A stretch of 64,000 nt of DNA from an uncultured Acidimicrobiia bacterium (GCA_963836205.1 CAWIIV010000017.1:32001-96000); one strand, 5' to 3'; counted from the stretch's first letter, positions 38,891-50,108 are shown. Notes: a model not told the origin generated them from the sequence alone. Made by a program: numbers and translations.

Positions 38891-39730
38891 TCAGCTCAGG
38901 CGGAGGGCGGCCTCGTAGACCTGGCGCTTGGGGACGGCGAGCTCGGCGGTCACCTCCGCCACCGCGTCCCGCTTGGGCATCCCCGCAGCCAGGCGGACCC
39001 GCAGCGCGTCCTCCACGTCGGACTCGGTGGCGGGCTCCCGGGCGAGCGCACCCTCGATGACCAGGACGTACTCGCCCAGAGGTTCCGTCTCGGCCAGATG
39101 GACGGCGGCAGCCGCCAGCGTCCCCCGCCACACGTCCTCGAACTTCTTGGTGATCTCCCGGGCCACCGCCACCCGGCGCTCGCCGCCCACGGCCGCGGCC
39201 AGGTCGGCGACGGTGGCCAGCACCCGGCGGGGGGACTCGAACAGCACCGTCGTCCGGGGCTCTGCCGCCAGCTCGGCCACCCGGATGGCGCGGTCGCGGC
39301 CCTTCCGGGGCAGGAAGCCCTCGAAGCACCACCGGGCGGTGGGCAGGCCGCTCACCACCAGCGCCGCGATCGCAGCCGACGGGCCGGGCACCACGTCGAC
39401 CCGGTACCCGGCCTCGGCCGCCGCCGCCACCAGCCGCTCGCCGGGGTCGGAGATGCCGGGCATCCCCGCGTCGGTCACCACCGCCACCTGCTGCCCGGCG
39501 GCCAGGCGGGCCAGTACGCCGTCGACCTGGGCCGCCTCGTTGTGGTCGTGCACCGCGATCAGCCGGCCACCGGCGGGGACACCGGCCGCGGTCAGCAGCT
39601 GGCGGGTGCGCCTGGTGTCCTCACAGGCGATGACGTCGGCCGTGCGCAGCACCTCCACCGCCCGGGGCGAGAGGTCGCCGAGGTTGCCGATCGGGGTCCC
39701 CACCAGGACGAGGACGCCACCGCCGGTCAC
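38891..39730 (-). CDS. rsmI: 16S rRNA C1402 2'-O-methyltransferase
   Basis: TPIGNLGD, EDTR, DAGMPGISDPG, GFLP, FESP, REITKKFE. Confidence 0.97.
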   Translation of the reverse strand: MTGGGVLVLVGTPIGNLGDLSPRAVEVLRTADVIACEDTRRTRQLLTAAGVPAGGRLIAVHDHNEAAQVDGVLARLAAGQQVAVVTDAGMPGISDPGERLVAAAAEAGYRVDVVPGPSAAIAALVVSGLPTARWCFEGFLPRKGRDRAIRVAELAAEPRTTVLFESPRRVLATVADLAAAVGGERRVAVAREITKKFEDVWRGTLAAAAVHLAETEPLGEYVLVIEGALAREPATESDVEDALRVRLAAGMPKRDAVAEVTAELAVPKRQVYEAALRLS

Positions 39731-40116
39731 TCCTCGACCTCACGCACCTCCAACTGGTCGCCCGGCCGCAGCCGCCAGCGGTCGAACGATCCCGTTTCGG
39801 CCTCGATCACACAACCCGACCGCAGCGACGGCAGGCTGACCCGCCCCGGCTGGAGGCATATCGTCCGCCTGACGATAAGTTCTCGATCACAAAAGGCCAC
39901 GTCAAGGGTGAACTGCATCCCGAACGAGTGCACCGATCGGGCCGGGCGCAGCAGGATCGCCCCCGCGATCCCGGGTCGGCCGAGCAGGCCTCGCGACCGC
40001 TCGGCGAAGGTCGAGGCCACCTCCAGGGCGGCCAGTACTTCCCCATCGCGCAGCAACCAGCCGGTGGTGGCCACGGGCGTCAGGGGCGCGGGCCGCCGGC
40101 GGCGATGGCGGCGCAA
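39727..40116 (-). CDS. DUF192 domain protein
   Basis: ERSRGLLGR, VHSFGM, LDVAF, VIEA. Confidence 0.88.
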   Translation of the reverse strand: MRRHRRRRPAPLTPVATTGWLLRDGEVLAALEVASTFAERSRGLLGRPGIAGAILLRPARSVHSFGMQFTLDVAFCDRELIVRRTICLQPGRVSLPSLRSGCVIEAETGSFDRWRLRPGDQLEVREVEE

Positions 40117-40131
40117 CCGGGAGTAGACGAA

Positions 40132-41208
40132 TCACACATTGAAGCGAATCTCGAGCGTGTCGCCGTCGGCCACCTCGTAGTCCTTGCCCTCCACCCGGAG
40201 CCGGCCCACCTCCTTGGCCTTGTTCCACGAACCGAGCTCGAGCAGCTCGTCCCAACGGATGACCTCGGCCCGGATGAACCCCCGTTGCAGGTCGGAGTGG
40301 ATGACCCCGGCGCATTCGGGGGCCTTGGCCCCCGCCCGGAACGTCCACGCCCGCGACTCCTTGTCGCCCGTGGTGAGGAACGTTCGGCGGCCGAGCAGGT
40401 GGTAGGCGGCCCGGATGACGCGGGGCAGGGCGCCCTCCCCCAGACCGAGGGCGTCGAGCATCTCGGCCCGGTCGGCGGGGTCGAGGCGGGCCGACTCCGC
40501 CTCCAGCTGCACGCTCACGCCCAGGACCTCGGCCGCCTCGCCCAACTCCTCGGCCACCGGCTTCACCAGCCGGTCGGCGTCGTCGAGCTGGTCCTCGCCC
40601 AGGTTGACGACGGCCAGCATGGGCTTGTCGGTGAGCAGGAAGGTCGTGCGCAGCCCCGCCCGCACATCCGCGGCCAGGCCCGACCGGTACAGCGGGGTCC
40701 CACCGCTCAACACCTCCAGGGCCGCCTCCATGGCCGCCACCTCGGGGGCCAGCGACTTGTCGGCCCGGGCCGTCTTCTGGCGCTTGGGCAGCTGCGACTC
40801 GATCGAGTCGACGTCGGCCAGCACCAGCTCCAGCTCCAGCGTGTGGAGGTCGTCGAGGGGATCGGTTCCGCCGACGACGTTGTCGTCCTCGAACGCCCGC
40901 AGCACGAGCACGACCGCGTCGACCTCACGGATGCCGGCCAGGAAGCGGTTGCCCAGGCCCTCGCCGGTGGACGCCCCTGCGACCAGCCCGGCGATGTCGA
41001 CCAGCTCCAGCGTGGCCGGCACCACTCTCTTGGACTTGCTCATTACGGCCAGGGCCGCCAGCCGGGGGTCGGGCACCGCGGCCACGCCCACCGTGCTCTC
41101 GGTGGTGGAGAAGGGATGGGCCGCCACCGGCGCCGAACCACCCGTCACCGCGTTGAACAGCGACGACTTCCCCGCGTTCGGCAGGCCCACGAGGCCAAGG
41201 CGTTCCAC
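40132..41208 (-). CDS. ychF: Redox-regulated ATPase YchF
   Basis: GLPNAGKS, DIAGLV, GEGLGNRFL, AGVIHSD, EGKDY. Confidence 0.97.
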   Translation of the reverse strand: MERLGLVGLPNAGKSSLFNAVTGGSAPVAAHPFSTTESTVGVAAVPDPRLAALAVMSKSKRVVPATLELVDIAGLVAGASTGEGLGNRFLAGIREVDAVVLVLRAFEDDNVVGGTDPLDDLHTLELELVLADVDSIESQLPKRQKTARADKSLAPEVAAMEAALEVLSGGTPLYRSGLAADVRAGLRTTFLLTDKPMLAVVNLGEDQLDDADRLVKPVAEELGEAAEVLGVSVQLEAESARLDPADRAEMLDALGLGEGALPRVIRAAYHLLGRRTFLTTGDKESRAWTFRAGAKAPECAGVIHSDLQRGFIRAEVIRWDELLELGSWNKAKEVGRLRVEGKDYEVADGDTLEIRFNV

Positions 41209-41288
41209 TAGGTGCAATGTAGAAGACCCAGCGGGCAACCCCGCCGCTGGGAGGCCCCGCCGGGCGAGCGGCTACCCTGGGCCCCCTG

Positions 41289-41372
41289 ATGTCGAAGAAG
41301 ACGAACAAGAGGAAGATCCGCTGCCGGCGTAAGAAGGCCAATCACGGCAAGCGGCCGAACGCCGGTCGTTAG
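41289..41372 (+). CDS. 50S ribosomal protein bL37
   Basis: Hand translation MSKKTNKRKIRCRRKKANHGKRPNAGR*; KANHGKRPN signature. Confidence 0.88.
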   Translation: MSKKTNKRKIRCRRKKANHGKRPNAGR

Positions 41373-43473
41373 CGTTCCTCCAGCGGTACCGCCGGCACCG
41401 CCGGCACCCGTCCGAGACGTCGTCGAGGTCCTGCACGGCACCGAGGTCCACGACCCCTACCGGTGGCTGGAGGACGGGGACAGCGAGGAGACCGCAGCCT
41501 GGGTGGCGGCGCAGAACGCCCGCACCCGGGCGGTCCTTGACGCGCTCCCCCAGAGGGAGCCGCTCCACCGCCGGCTCCTCGAGCTGCTTCAGATCGGCGT
41601 GGTGGGCGCCCCCGACGTGGCCGGCGACCGGGTGTTCCACCTCCAACGGGAGGGCGACGCCGACCAGGCCGTCCTGGTGATGCGCAGCGCGGTCGACCCC
41701 GACGCCCCGGCCCGGGTGGTGGTCGACCCCCACGGCCTGGCCGCCGACCACGCCGCCTCCATCGACTGGTTCTCACCGTCTCCCGACGGCCGCCTCCTCG
41801 CCTACGGCGTCTCGGAGGGAGGCAGCGAGCACGGCACCCTGCGAGTGGTCGACGTCGACAGCGGCACCCTCCTGCCCGACGCCATCCCCCACGTCCGCCA
41901 CCCGTCGGTGGCATGGATGCCCGACGGCTCCGCCTTCGCCTACGACCGCCTGCCCGACCCGGCCACTGTCCCCGAGGGGGAGGAGGGCTACTGGGAGACG
42001 GTGTGGTGGCACCGGCTGGGCGACGACCCCTCGGCCGACGATCCCCTGCTCGTCGACGGGCTCGACAAGACGGCCCTGCCGATGGCGGTCGTCTCCGACG
42101 ACGGCCGCTGGCTGGCCCTGCACGTCCACCTGATGCCGACCCGCACCGACGTGATCCTCCTCGACCGCCAAACGGGCGAGCGGACGGTGATGGTGGAGGG
42201 CGAGGAGGCGTCGACCTGGGTCCAGATCGTCGGCGGCCGCATCTACGCCGTCACCAACCTCGGCTCCCCCCGGGGACGGCTGATCACGGCTGCCCTCGAC
42301 CGGCCCCAGCCCGAGCACTGGGAGACGATCGTGGCCGAGTCGGCGGGCGCGACCGGCGCCGTGATCGACGGCTTCGTGATCACCGGCGGCTCGCTGCTGG
42401 TGTCGTCGACCGAGCACGCGGTGTCCCGCCTGCACCGCTACCGCCTCGACGGGACGCCCCTGGGCGAGATCGCCCTGCCCGAGCTCGGCGCCCTCGCCGG
42501 CCTCGACGCCGACCCGACCGTGAGAACCGACGGCGGCGGCGGCGGCGAGCGGGCGTTCCTCACCTTCACCTCGTTCGCCCGGCCCCCGGGCCTGTGGCGG
42601 TGGACACCGGCGGACGGACTCCGCCCGTGGGCCCTGCTCGACTCGCCGTTGGAACCGGGCGCGTTCGTGGCCGAGCAGGTCTTCTACCCCTCGACCGACG
42701 GCACCGACGTGCCCCTGTTCCTCGTCCGGGCGGCCGCCACCGAGGTCGGTCCCGACACGCCGACCCTGCTCTCGGCCTACGGCGGCTTCGCCATCGCCTC
42801 CTCCCCCGGCTTCGCCCCGGGCCTGGTGGCCTTCTGCGAGGCGGGCGGCGTCTACGCCATCGCCGGCATCCGGGGCGGCGGCGAGTACGGCGAGGACTGG
42901 CACCGGGCGGGCATGCGGGCCAACAAGCAGCAGGTCTTCGACGACTTCCAGGCCGCAGCCGACTGGCTGGTGGCCGAGGGCCGCACGAGCCGTGAGCGCC
43001 TCGCCATCCGGGGCGGGTCGAACGGTGGCCTGCTCGTCGGTGCCGCCGTCGCCCAGCGCCCCGACCTGTGCCAGGTCGTCGTCTGCGCCGTCCCCCTGCT
43101 CGACATGCTCCGTTACCACCGGTTCCTGATCGGGGCCCTGTGGGTGCCCGAGTACGGCGACCCCGACCAGGCCGACGACTTCGCCGTCCTCCACGCCTAC
43201 TCTCCGTACCACCACGTCGTCGCCGGCACCGCCTACCCGGCCACCATCGTCACCGCGGCCGAGTCCGACTCCCGGGTCGACCCCATGCACGCCCGCAAGT
43301 TCGCGGCGGCGCTCCAGGCCGCCACCGCCTCGCCCGCCGACCGACCCGTCCTCCTCCGTATCGAGGTCCGGGCCGGCCACGGCGTGGGCAAGCCGGCGTG
43401 GAAGCAGGCCGACGAGGGCGCCGACCTGTGGGCCTTCGTGTTCTGGCAACTGGGGATGGCCGCCGGCGGGTAG
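41368..43473 (+). CDS. Prolyl oligopeptidase (S9A); start uncertain
   Basis: DPYRWLED lies upstream of the track start; RGGGEYG, GGSNGG, DSRV, GHG. Confidence 0.93.
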   Translation, partial: VSVPPAVPPAPPAPVRDVVEVLHGTEVHDPYRWLEDGDSEETAAWVAAQNARTRAVLDALPQREPLHRRLLELLQIGVVGAPDVAGDRVFHLQREGDADQAVLVMRSAVDPDAPARVVVDPHGLAADHAASIDWFSPSPDGRLLAYGVSEGGSEHGTLRVVDVDSGTLLPDAIPHVRHPSVAWMPDGSAFAYDRLPDPATVPEGEEGYWETVWWHRLGDDPSADDPLLVDGLDKTALPMAVVSDDGRWLALHVHLMPTRTDVILLDRQTGERTVMVEGEEASTWVQIVGGRIYAVTNLGSPRGRLITAALDRPQPEHWETIVAESAGATGAVIDGFVITGGSLLVSSTEHAVSRLHRYRLDGTPLGEIALPELGALAGLDADPTVRTDGGGGGERAFLTFTSFARPPGLWRWTPADGLRPWALLDSPLEPGAFVAEQVFYPSTDGTDVPLFLVRAAATEVGPDTPTLLSAYGGFAIASSPGFAPGLVAFCEAGGVYAIAGIRGGGEYGEDWHRAGMRANKQQVFDDFQAAADWLVAEGRTSRERLAIRGGSNGGLLVGAAVAQRPDLCQVVVCAVPLLDMLRYHRFLIGALWVPEYGDPDQADDFAVLHAYSPYHHVVAGTAYPATIVTAAESDSRVDPMHARKFAAALQAATASPADRPVLLRIEVRAGHGVGKPAWKQADEGADLWAFVFWQLGMAAGG

Positions 43474-43482
43474 GACCCCGTC

Positions 43483-43671
43483 ATGGACCAAGACCCGTTC
43501 GACGAAGAGCCGGAAGCCAACGACGCTTCCGCCGACAGCCTGCTCGACCGCATGCGGGGAACGGGGGTCGGCGTGGAGGACCCGAACATCGTCGGCGACG
43601 TCGGTCCGGTCGACATTCCCCCGGGGCCCGATCCCGACAGCGACGGGCTGATCGCGACGCTGCCCGGCTGA
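43483..43671 (+). CDS. Small acidic hypothetical protein
   Basis: 62-aa ORF with an RBS-like AGGA, filling the gap between co-oriented genes. Confidence 0.55.
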   Translation: MDQDPFDEEPEANDASADSLLDRMRGTGVGVEDPNIVGDVGPVDIPPGPDPDSDGLIATLPG

Positions 43672-43698
43672 CGTACTCGTACACTCGCCAGCCACCGC

Positions 43699-44452
43699 AT
43701 GGAATGGACTGGGGACACCCACCGCGTCGACGGCGTGGTCGAGCGCGACTTCGTCGTGGAGGTCGACGGCCGGCGGGTGCCGGGAGTGTTGTGGACCCCG
43801 CCCGATGCCCTGGATGCGAGGCCCCTGGTCCTCATCGGCCACGGCGCCACCGCCCACAAGCGGATCGGCTACGTGACGGCCCTCGCCCGGGAGCTGGTCC
43901 GGGGCCACGGGTTCGCGGCGGTCGCCATCGACGGTGCCGGCCACGGCGACCGGCGGCCGAGCCCGGACGACGACGAGTTGACGATCTTCAGCGAGTTCCT
44001 CACCGAGTGGTCGCGGGACGAGTCCACCGACGACGCGGTGGCCGACTGGCGGGCGACGCTCGACGCGGTGCGGGCCCTCCCCGAGCGTCGGCGACGGTCC
44101 GATCGGCTACTGGGGCCTGTCGATGGGCACCATCTACGGCCTGCCCCTGGCGGTGGCCGAGCCCCGCATCCAGGTGGCGGTGTTCGGGCTCATGGGCCTG
44201 GTGGGGCCGTCCCGCGCCCGCATGGCCGCCGACGCCCCCGCCCTCGTCTGCCCGGTGCTGTTCATCCAGCAGTGGGACGACTCGCTCATCCCCCGGGACT
44301 CCATCTTCGAGCTGTTCGACGCCCTCGGCTCCCGCGACAAGCGCCTGCACGCCTCGCCCGGCGACCACGCCGCGGTCCCCGCCGAGGAGTTCGTCTTCTC
44401 CGCCCGGTTCCTCGCCCGCCACCTGGCCCCGGGCCCTGACGACCTCAGCTGA
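43699..44452 (+). CDS. Alpha/beta hydrolase; apparent frameshift near 44086
   Basis: VLIGHG and AIDGAGHG, then GYWGLSMG, QWDD and PGDH in the shifted frame. Confidence 0.85.
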
Positions 44453-44498
44453 CGGGCGACCTCAGCTGACGGGCGACCTCAGCTGACGGGCGACCTCA
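44441..44498. repeat. 17-bp tandem repeat x3.4 between convergent genes
   Basis: GACCTCAGCTGACGGGC x3 plus GACCTCA. Confidence 0.95.
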
Positions 44499-45062
44499 CA
44501 GAGCGGGCAGGATCCCGAGCTGGTCGGCCAGGAAGAAGAAGGTGCGGGCGAACGGGGAGTCGGCGGTGCGCTGGCGGACGTCGTCCCAGTCGATCTGCTC
44601 CCGCAGCTCACGGGCGGTGCGGATGACGCCCTCGTAGTCGAGGGTGTGCTCGGCCAGGGCCGACAGCTTGGTGACGAGGAGGTCGTCGGCCGTGATCACC
44701 GGCATCGTCATCGCCTCCACCCGCATGACCTCGGCCCGCGTGAGCAGCTCCTCCGAGCCGGAGACGCCCGATGGCCCGTAGATGAGGTCGACCAGGACGT
44801 CGCCGTCCCACGCCTTGACCAGCCAACCCTCGGGCGGGCGGCCGGTGCGCATGCCGGCGTCCTCGAGCGCGGCCAGTGCCCGGTCGGCGTCGGACTCGGC
44901 AATCATCAGGTCGACGTCGTGGTCGCTGGCGCTGCCGCCCCGGGCCCAGGCGGCGAAGCCACCACCCACCGCGAACGGGACGTCGGCGTCACGGAGGGCC
45001 GCCGCCGCCTTCTTCAGGCTCGGCAGCATCGCCACCTCGTTGACGTCACCCTCGTCGACCAT
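44496..45062 (-). CDS. Nucleotidyltransferase family protein
   Basis: GGGFA...DHDVD...WLVKA...LVDLI. Confidence 0.85.
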   Translation of the reverse strand: MVDEGDVNEVAMLPSLKKAAAALRDADVPFAVGGGFAAWARGGSASDHDVDLMIAESDADRALAALEDAGMRTGRPPEGWLVKAWDGDVLVDLIYGPSGVSGSEELLTRAEVMRVEAMTMPVITADDLLVTKLSALAEHTLDYEGVIRTARELREQIDWDDVRQRTADSPFARTFFFLADQLGILPAL

Positions 45063-45071
45063 GGACCAGGG

Positions 45072-45272
45072 CTACCCATCGCCTCCGGCGGTGAAGCGGC
45101 CGCAGCCGGCCGGGCAGCGGGACTCCACGTGGGCGGGAAAGACCTTCACCACCAGCCGCCGGCCGCACACCACGCAGAACCGGGGCGGATCGAGGGGCGC
45201 CAGGCACGTTCCGTCGCAGGCCGGCTGCTCCCGTCCGCAGCCGGAACAGTGCCGCCGGGGGGACGCGGTCAC
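45072..45272 (-). CDS. Biotin synthase auxiliary protein (BsaP-like)
   Basis: CSGCG...C...[18 protein letters not shown]...C; GTGA-coupled to bioB. Confidence 0.85.
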   Translation of the reverse strand: MTASPRRHCSGCGREQPACDGTCLAPLDPPRFCVVCGRRLVVKVFPAHVESRCPAGCGRFTAGGDG

Positions 45273-46273
45273 CCCGGGGGCGACGGCCTCACCGACACCG
45301 CCACGGGCATCCGGAGGTCGGCGAGCAGCTGGAAGTCCTGCTCGGGGGGGCGGCCGAGGGTGGTGAGGTAGTTGCCGACGATGAGGGCGTTGATCCCGGC
45401 GGTCAGCCCGAGGGCCTGGAGCTCCCGCAGGGTGACCTCCCGCCCGCCGGCGTAGCGGAGGACGACGTCGGGCAGGGCCAGCCGGAAGAGGGCGATCCAG
45501 CGGATGGCCTCCATGGGCTCCACCAGCGGCCGCCCGGCCATGGGCGTCCCCGGGCGAGGATTGAGGAAGTTGAGTGGCACCTCGGTAGGACCGACAGCGC
45601 GCAGGTCGGCCAGCAGCTCCAGGCGCTGGGCGTCGGTCTCGCCCATGCCCAAGATGGCCCCGCAGCACAGCTCCAGGCCCGCCTCCAGCACCCGCCGGCA
45701 GGTGTCGCGGCGCTCCTCCCACGTGTGGGTGGTGACGACCTCCGGGAAGAACGACCGGGCCGTCTCCAGGTTGTGGTTGTAACGGTGGAGGCCGGCGTCG
45801 GCCAGGCGCCGGGCCTGGTCGGCGGTGAGGATGCCCAGGCTGGCGGCCACCTCGAGGCCGGTGCGTTCCCGGATCACCGGGATCATCTCGATCACCCGGG
45901 TCAGGGTGCGCTCGTCGGGACCCCGCACGGCCAGGACGATGCAGAACTCCGACGCCCCCAGCCGGGCCGTCTCCTCGGCCGCGGCCAGCAGCTCGTCCCG
46001 GTCGAGGAGGGGCGTGGCCCGCACCGGCGAGTCGAAGCGGGACGACTGGCTGCAGAAGTGGCAGTCCTCCGGGCAGCCGCCCGTCTTGCCCGACACGATG
46101 CCCTCCACCTCGACCGCGGGTCCGCACCAGGCCAGGCGCACCTGGTGGGCGAGGGCGCCCAGGGCGGGTACCGCCTCCACCGGGAGGGCGGCCAGGCCGG
46201 CCAGCTCGGCCGGGGTCAGGCGCCGGCGCTCGTCGAGGAGGGCGGAGGCGGCCACCGCCAGCGGGTCGGGCAC
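45269..46273 (-). CDS. bioB: Biotin synthase
   Basis: [35 protein letters not shown]. Confidence 0.97.
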   Translation of the reverse strand: MPDPLAVAASALLDERRRLTPAELAGLAALPVEAVPALGALAHQVRLAWCGPAVEVEGIVSGKTGGCPEDCHFCSQSSRFDSPVRATPLLDRDELLAAAEETARLGASEFCIVLAVRGPDERTLTRVIEMIPVIRERTGLEVAASLGILTADQARRLADAGLHRYNHNLETARSFFPEVVTTHTWEERRDTCRRVLEAGLELCCGAILGMGETDAQRLELLADLRAVGPTEVPLNFLNPRPGTPMAGRPLVEPMEAIRWIALFRLALPDVVLRYAGGREVTLRELQALGLTAGINALIVGNYLTTLGRPPEQDFQLLADLRMPVAVSVRPSPPG

Positions 46274-46354
46274 GGGCCGACCATAGCCAGGTCGATCGCG
46301 TAGGTTGGCCCGGAACCAGTCGAGCCCAAGGTTGCGTCCAGGGAGGACCCACGC

Positions 46355-46651
46355 GTGTCGTACGTGCAGATCATCGAGTTCGTCACCCGCGAGCCCGAGA
46401 AGATGAAGGCTCTGGGTGACAAGTACCTCGCCGACACCGCCGGCCGCAACAAGGTGAAGCGGTCGATGATCTACCACGACCGGGCCGAGTCCCGGCGCTA
46501 CATCGCCGTCGTCGAGTTCGAGAACCGCGAGGACGCCTTCGAGAACGACAACCTGCCCGAGACGGAGGACTTCGCCGACGGCCTGGCCGAGCTGTCGGAG
46601 GTCCCCCTCACCTACCGGAGCCTGGAGCTGGCGCACGCGGTCGTGCCGTAA
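46355..46651 (+). CDS. Small hypothetical protein (dimeric alpha/beta-barrel-like)
   Basis: 98-aa ORF with RBS GGAGG and typical codon usage. Confidence 0.7.
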   Translation: MSYVQIIEFVTREPEKMKALGDKYLADTAGRNKVKRSMIYHDRAESRRYIAVVEFENREDAFENDNLPETEDFADGLAELSEVPLTYRSLELAHAVVP

Positions 46652-46733
46652 CCGCCAGGGAAGCGCACCAAGTAGTGCAAACGGCCCATTTTTCCCCTCA
46701 AGGCGGGGGGAGCGGCCGCCGATAACGACGAGG

Positions 46734-49700
46734 ATGACGACACGTGTCCGCGGTTCCGCCATGGACGCTGTCGAAGGCGAGCGGGGCAGCCTTCCCGCCT
46801 TCGTCGGCCGCGAGGCGGACATTCAGGAGTTGCAGCAGTCCTGGCGCCTGGCGTCGGGCGGAAAACGCCAAGTGGTGCTGCTCGCCGGCGAGCCGGGGAT
46901 GGGCAAGACCACGCTGGTGGAGCGTCTGGCCCGGGGGGTGGTGGCCGACGGCGGGCGCGTGCTGTGGGGCACCTGCCCACCCGACCCGTCCACCCCGTTC
47001 GCCCCCGTGGCCGAGATCCTGGTCCGGGCCGCTGCCACCGCGCCCCCCGACGTGGTGTCGCGCTACGGGCTCCTGGCCCACATCGCCCCTTCGCTCCGCC
47101 TGCGAGCGTCCCATGTCCCACCCCTGCCCGACGATCGGCGGGAGCTGTTCCACGCCGCGGCCGGCCTCATCGCCGAGTTGGCCGCCCGCACGCCCCTCCT
47201 CCTCGTCGTCGACGACCTCCACCGGGCCCACCGCACGACCGTGCGCCTCCTCCAGTACGTGCTGGCCGCCACCCGCGAGGTCCCCATGCTCGTCGTGGGC
47301 ACCTACTGCGACACGTCGGTCGACCGGGCCCACGCGGTGTCGTCGCTGCTGACCGACCTCTCGGGCGACCCCGACGTCACCCACAAGGTGCTCGACGGCC
47401 TGCCCCGCTTCGCGGTCGACACGATCCTGCCGAACCCGGCCGTCGTCGACACCGTCTGGACGCGGGCCGAAGGCAATCCCCTCTTCCTCACTGAGCTGCT
47501 CCGCCACGTCGGCACCGGACTGCCCACGGTCGACCCCCGCACGCTGCCGGGGTCGGTCGACGCCGGCGTGGCCCGGCGCCTGTCGCGGATGGACGCCGGC
47601 ACCCGCCAGCTGCTGGCCGTCGCCGCCATCATCGGACCCGAGTTCTCCCTCGACACCATCGCCCGCACCGGCGAGGTGCCGCCCGACCGCCTCCTGGCCG
47701 CGGCCGACGAGGCGGTGGCGGAGGAGATCATCGAGCCCGACGGGGAGCCCAACCACTACGCGTTCGTCCACGAGGCGGTGCGCTCGGCTGTCGAGCACCG
47801 GGTCGCGGCCAACCGGGGCGTCCACGTCCACGGCCGGCTGGCGACGGAGCTGGAGCAGACGCCCTCGACCGCCGACGACCACCTCGTCCTGCTGGCCTTC
47901 CACGCCGCCGCCGCCTCGCCCGTCGGCGGGTCGGTCTCGGCCGCCGCCCATGCGGGACGGGCGGGCGACCAGGCCTTCAACCAGCTCGCGTTCGACGAGG
48001 CGGCCGAGTGGTACGGCGTCGGACTGGGCCTGCTCGTCGGCCACAGCCGCGACGCGGCCTCGCTCAAGTGCCGGCTGCTGGTCTCCTTGGGCGACGCCCA
48101 CGACCGGGCCGGCGAGCCGGTGCGGGCCCGCCACTCGTTCCTCGAGGCGGTGGCGATCGCCCGCACCCTCCAGGACCCGGGCCTGATCGCGCTGGCCGAG
48201 GCCGCCGTCGGCCGCAGCCCGTGGCCGGCGCCGGTGCACAAGCCGCTCACGTCGAAGATCCCAGTCGGCACCCAGAACCAGCACCCGTTCCTGATGCCCG
48301 AGCCGCCGCCGGCGAAGCTGCTGCCCCTGGGCGAGCTGCTGGCGGCCGCCGAGCCCCCGCCGTCCCCGACCCGGACCAAGCCCGTGCGCCGGTCGACGCC
48401 GCGGGTCGCCGCCGAGCGGGAGATGGAAGCCGCCGCCCGCCGGGCCGCGGCCGCGGCCGAGATGGAGCCCTTCCTGCCGCCCCTGCCCGACGCGCCCTCG
48501 GCCCCGGCCTCGCGTTCGTCCTCGCCGGCACCGGCCAAGGCGCCGGCCAAGGCCAAGTCGGTCAAGGCGGCCAAGCCCGCACCGTCGGCCAAGGCGTCCG
48601 CCAAGACGGGGGCCAAGCCAGGCACCCGGTCGCGGAAGGCGGCCGCCGCCGCATCGGCCGACATCGCCGACGTCGTCGCCCCCCGCCCGCCGCCGGCCCG
48701 CCGCCGGCCCGCCCCGCCGGCCGCCGCACCGCCGGTAGCACCCAAGCCGGCCATCCCGTTCACGCCCGACGATCTCAGCGAGCTGTGGGCGGACCCCGAG
48801 CCCGACTCCGCCCCCGCGCCGGAGCCCATGGGCTGGACCGACGCCCCGTGGGACGACGACGATCCGACGCCCGCCAGCCGGCGCACCACCGGCCGCCTCT
48901 CCGCCCTCCGCGCCCGCCACAGCCGGCCGTGGGGACCTGAGGACGTCGACGAGCGGCTGAAGGCCAGCGACCAGATCGTCGCCATCGCCGAGACCACCGA
49001 CGACGGTGACCTCGCCATGGAGGGCTACGCCTGGCGCATCGCCGACCGCATGGAGATGGGCCGCCTGTCGCAGGCCGACGAGGACATCACCGCCTTCTCC
49101 AACCTGGCCAACGCCATCGGCGACCCCATCTACCGCCGCGACGCGGCCGCCTACGCGGCCATGCGGGCCCTCCTCGAAGGCCGCTTCGAGGACGCCCGGT
49201 CGGCCCTCCTCGACATGGCCGCCCTGGCCGAGCGGGCGGGCGAGACCAAGGAGACCCCCGGCGGGCGCGACCAGCGCTACTGGATGGCCTTGGAATGGGG
49301 CTCCGACGAGGCGGTGGCCGACGTGGAGTCGTCGCTCAAGGCACTTCCCGTGGGCCGGGCGTGGGCGGCTTCGGTTGCCCTCCTGCTGGCCCGCACCCGC
49401 CGCTACGACGACGCCCACGAATGGCTGGGCAGCATCTCCGAGCACGTCCTGTCCACCCGCCCGTTCGACGGCGAGTGGATGCAGATGGCGGCGTGCGCCC
49501 TCGAAGCGGGCGCCCTCGTCCGCGACAGCCGCATCGCAGCCGTCCTGCTCCCTCTCATCCAGCCCTACGCCGACCGGGTGGTCGTGCTGGCCGGGGGCCT
49601 CGTGTGCCTCGGCTCGACCGCCCGCTTCGCGGGCCTGGCCGCCGCCACCTGCGGCGACTGGGAGCTGGCCGAACGCAACTTCGACACCGCCGTCACCATC

Positions 49701-49892
49701 AACCGCAAGCTGGAGGCCTACCCGGCCCTCGCCCACAGCCAGGCCGAGTGGGGCTGGGCCCTGCTCGCCCAGGGCCGGCGGGCCGACAACAAGCGGGCCG
49801 AGGGCCTCCTTGTCCAGGCCCGCGACCTGGCCGACGAGCTCGACATGCGGCGCCTGGCCGCCGACATCCGGGTCAGGCGGGGCGGGAGATGA
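46734..49892 (+). CDS. STAND/AAA_16 ATPase with helical repeats and a Pro/Ala-rich insert
   Basis: [32 protein letters not shown]; no terminal HTH seen. Confidence 0.88.
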   Translation: MTTRVRGSAMDAVEGERGSLPAFVGREADIQELQQSWRLASGGKRQVVLLAGEPGMGKTTLVERLARGVVADGGRVLWGTCPPDPSTPFAPVAEILVRAAATAPPDVVSRYGLLAHIAPSLRLRASHVPPLPDDRRELFHAAAGLIAELAARTPLLLVVDDLHRAHRTTVRLLQYVLAATREVPMLVVGTYCDTSVDRAHAVSSLLTDLSGDPDVTHKVLDGLPRFAVDTILPNPAVVDTVWTRAEGNPLFLTELLRHVGTGLPTVDPRTLPGSVDAGVARRLSRMDAGTRQLLAVAAIIGPEFSLDTIARTGEVPPDRLLAAADEAVAEEIIEPDGEPNHYAFVHEAVRSAVEHRVAANRGVHVHGRLATELEQTPSTADDHLVLLAFHAAAASPVGGSVSAAAHAGRAGDQAFNQLAFDEAAEWYGVGLGLLVGHSRDAASLKCRLLVSLGDAHDRAGEPVRARHSFLEAVAIARTLQDPGLIALAEAAVGRSPWPAPVHKPLTSKIPVGTQNQHPFLMPEPPPAKLLPLGELLAAAEPPPSPTRTKPVRRSTPRVAAEREMEAAARRAAAAAEMEPFLPPLPDAPSAPASRSSSPAPAKAPAKAKSVKAAKPAPSAKASAKTGAKPGTRSRKAAAAASADIADVVAPRPPPARRRPAPPAAAPPVAPKPAIPFTPDDLSELWADPEPDSAPAPEPMGWTDAPWDDDDPTPASRRTTGRLSALRARHSRPWGPEDVDERLKASDQIVAIAETTDDGDLAMEGYAWRIADRMEMGRLSQADEDITAFSNLANAIGDPIYRRDAAAYAAMRALLEGRFEDARSALLDMAALAERAGETKETPGGRDQRYWMALEWGSDEAVADVESSLKALPVGRAWAASVALLLARTRRYDDAHEWLGSISEHVLSTRPFDGEWMQMAACALEAGALVRDSRIAAVLLPLIQPYADRVVVLAGGLVCLGSTARFAGLAAATCGDWELAERNFDTAVTINRKLEAYPALAHSQAEWGWALLAQGRRADNKRAEGLLVQARDLADELDMRRLAADIRVRRGGR

Positions 49893-50108
49893 TCTCGTCC
49901 ATGCGGTTGGCCGAGCGTTCGAGCTCGACTGCCCGCTGACGGAGGGTGTTGGCCACGAGCGGTGGCCGCCGGGAGGCATGGAGCCGGAGCTGGGACGCCA
50001 TCTGACGGAGCTTGACCGTGCGCAGCGCCCGCCAGTTGTCCGGGCGCGTCGAACCGGGGTCGTCAAACATGGGCGGGCCTTACCCCGTGGGGTCGGTCGC
50101 CAAACCGC

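Noticed and set aside
41368-43473. Prolyl oligopeptidase as lasso isopeptidase or RiPP protease
   Set aside because: About 25 kb from the cluster, in housekeeping context, and a typical S9A enzyme.
49873-50070. 65-aa minus-strand ORF
   Set aside because: Possible but has no recognisable motif and overlaps the ATPase end; insufficient support.
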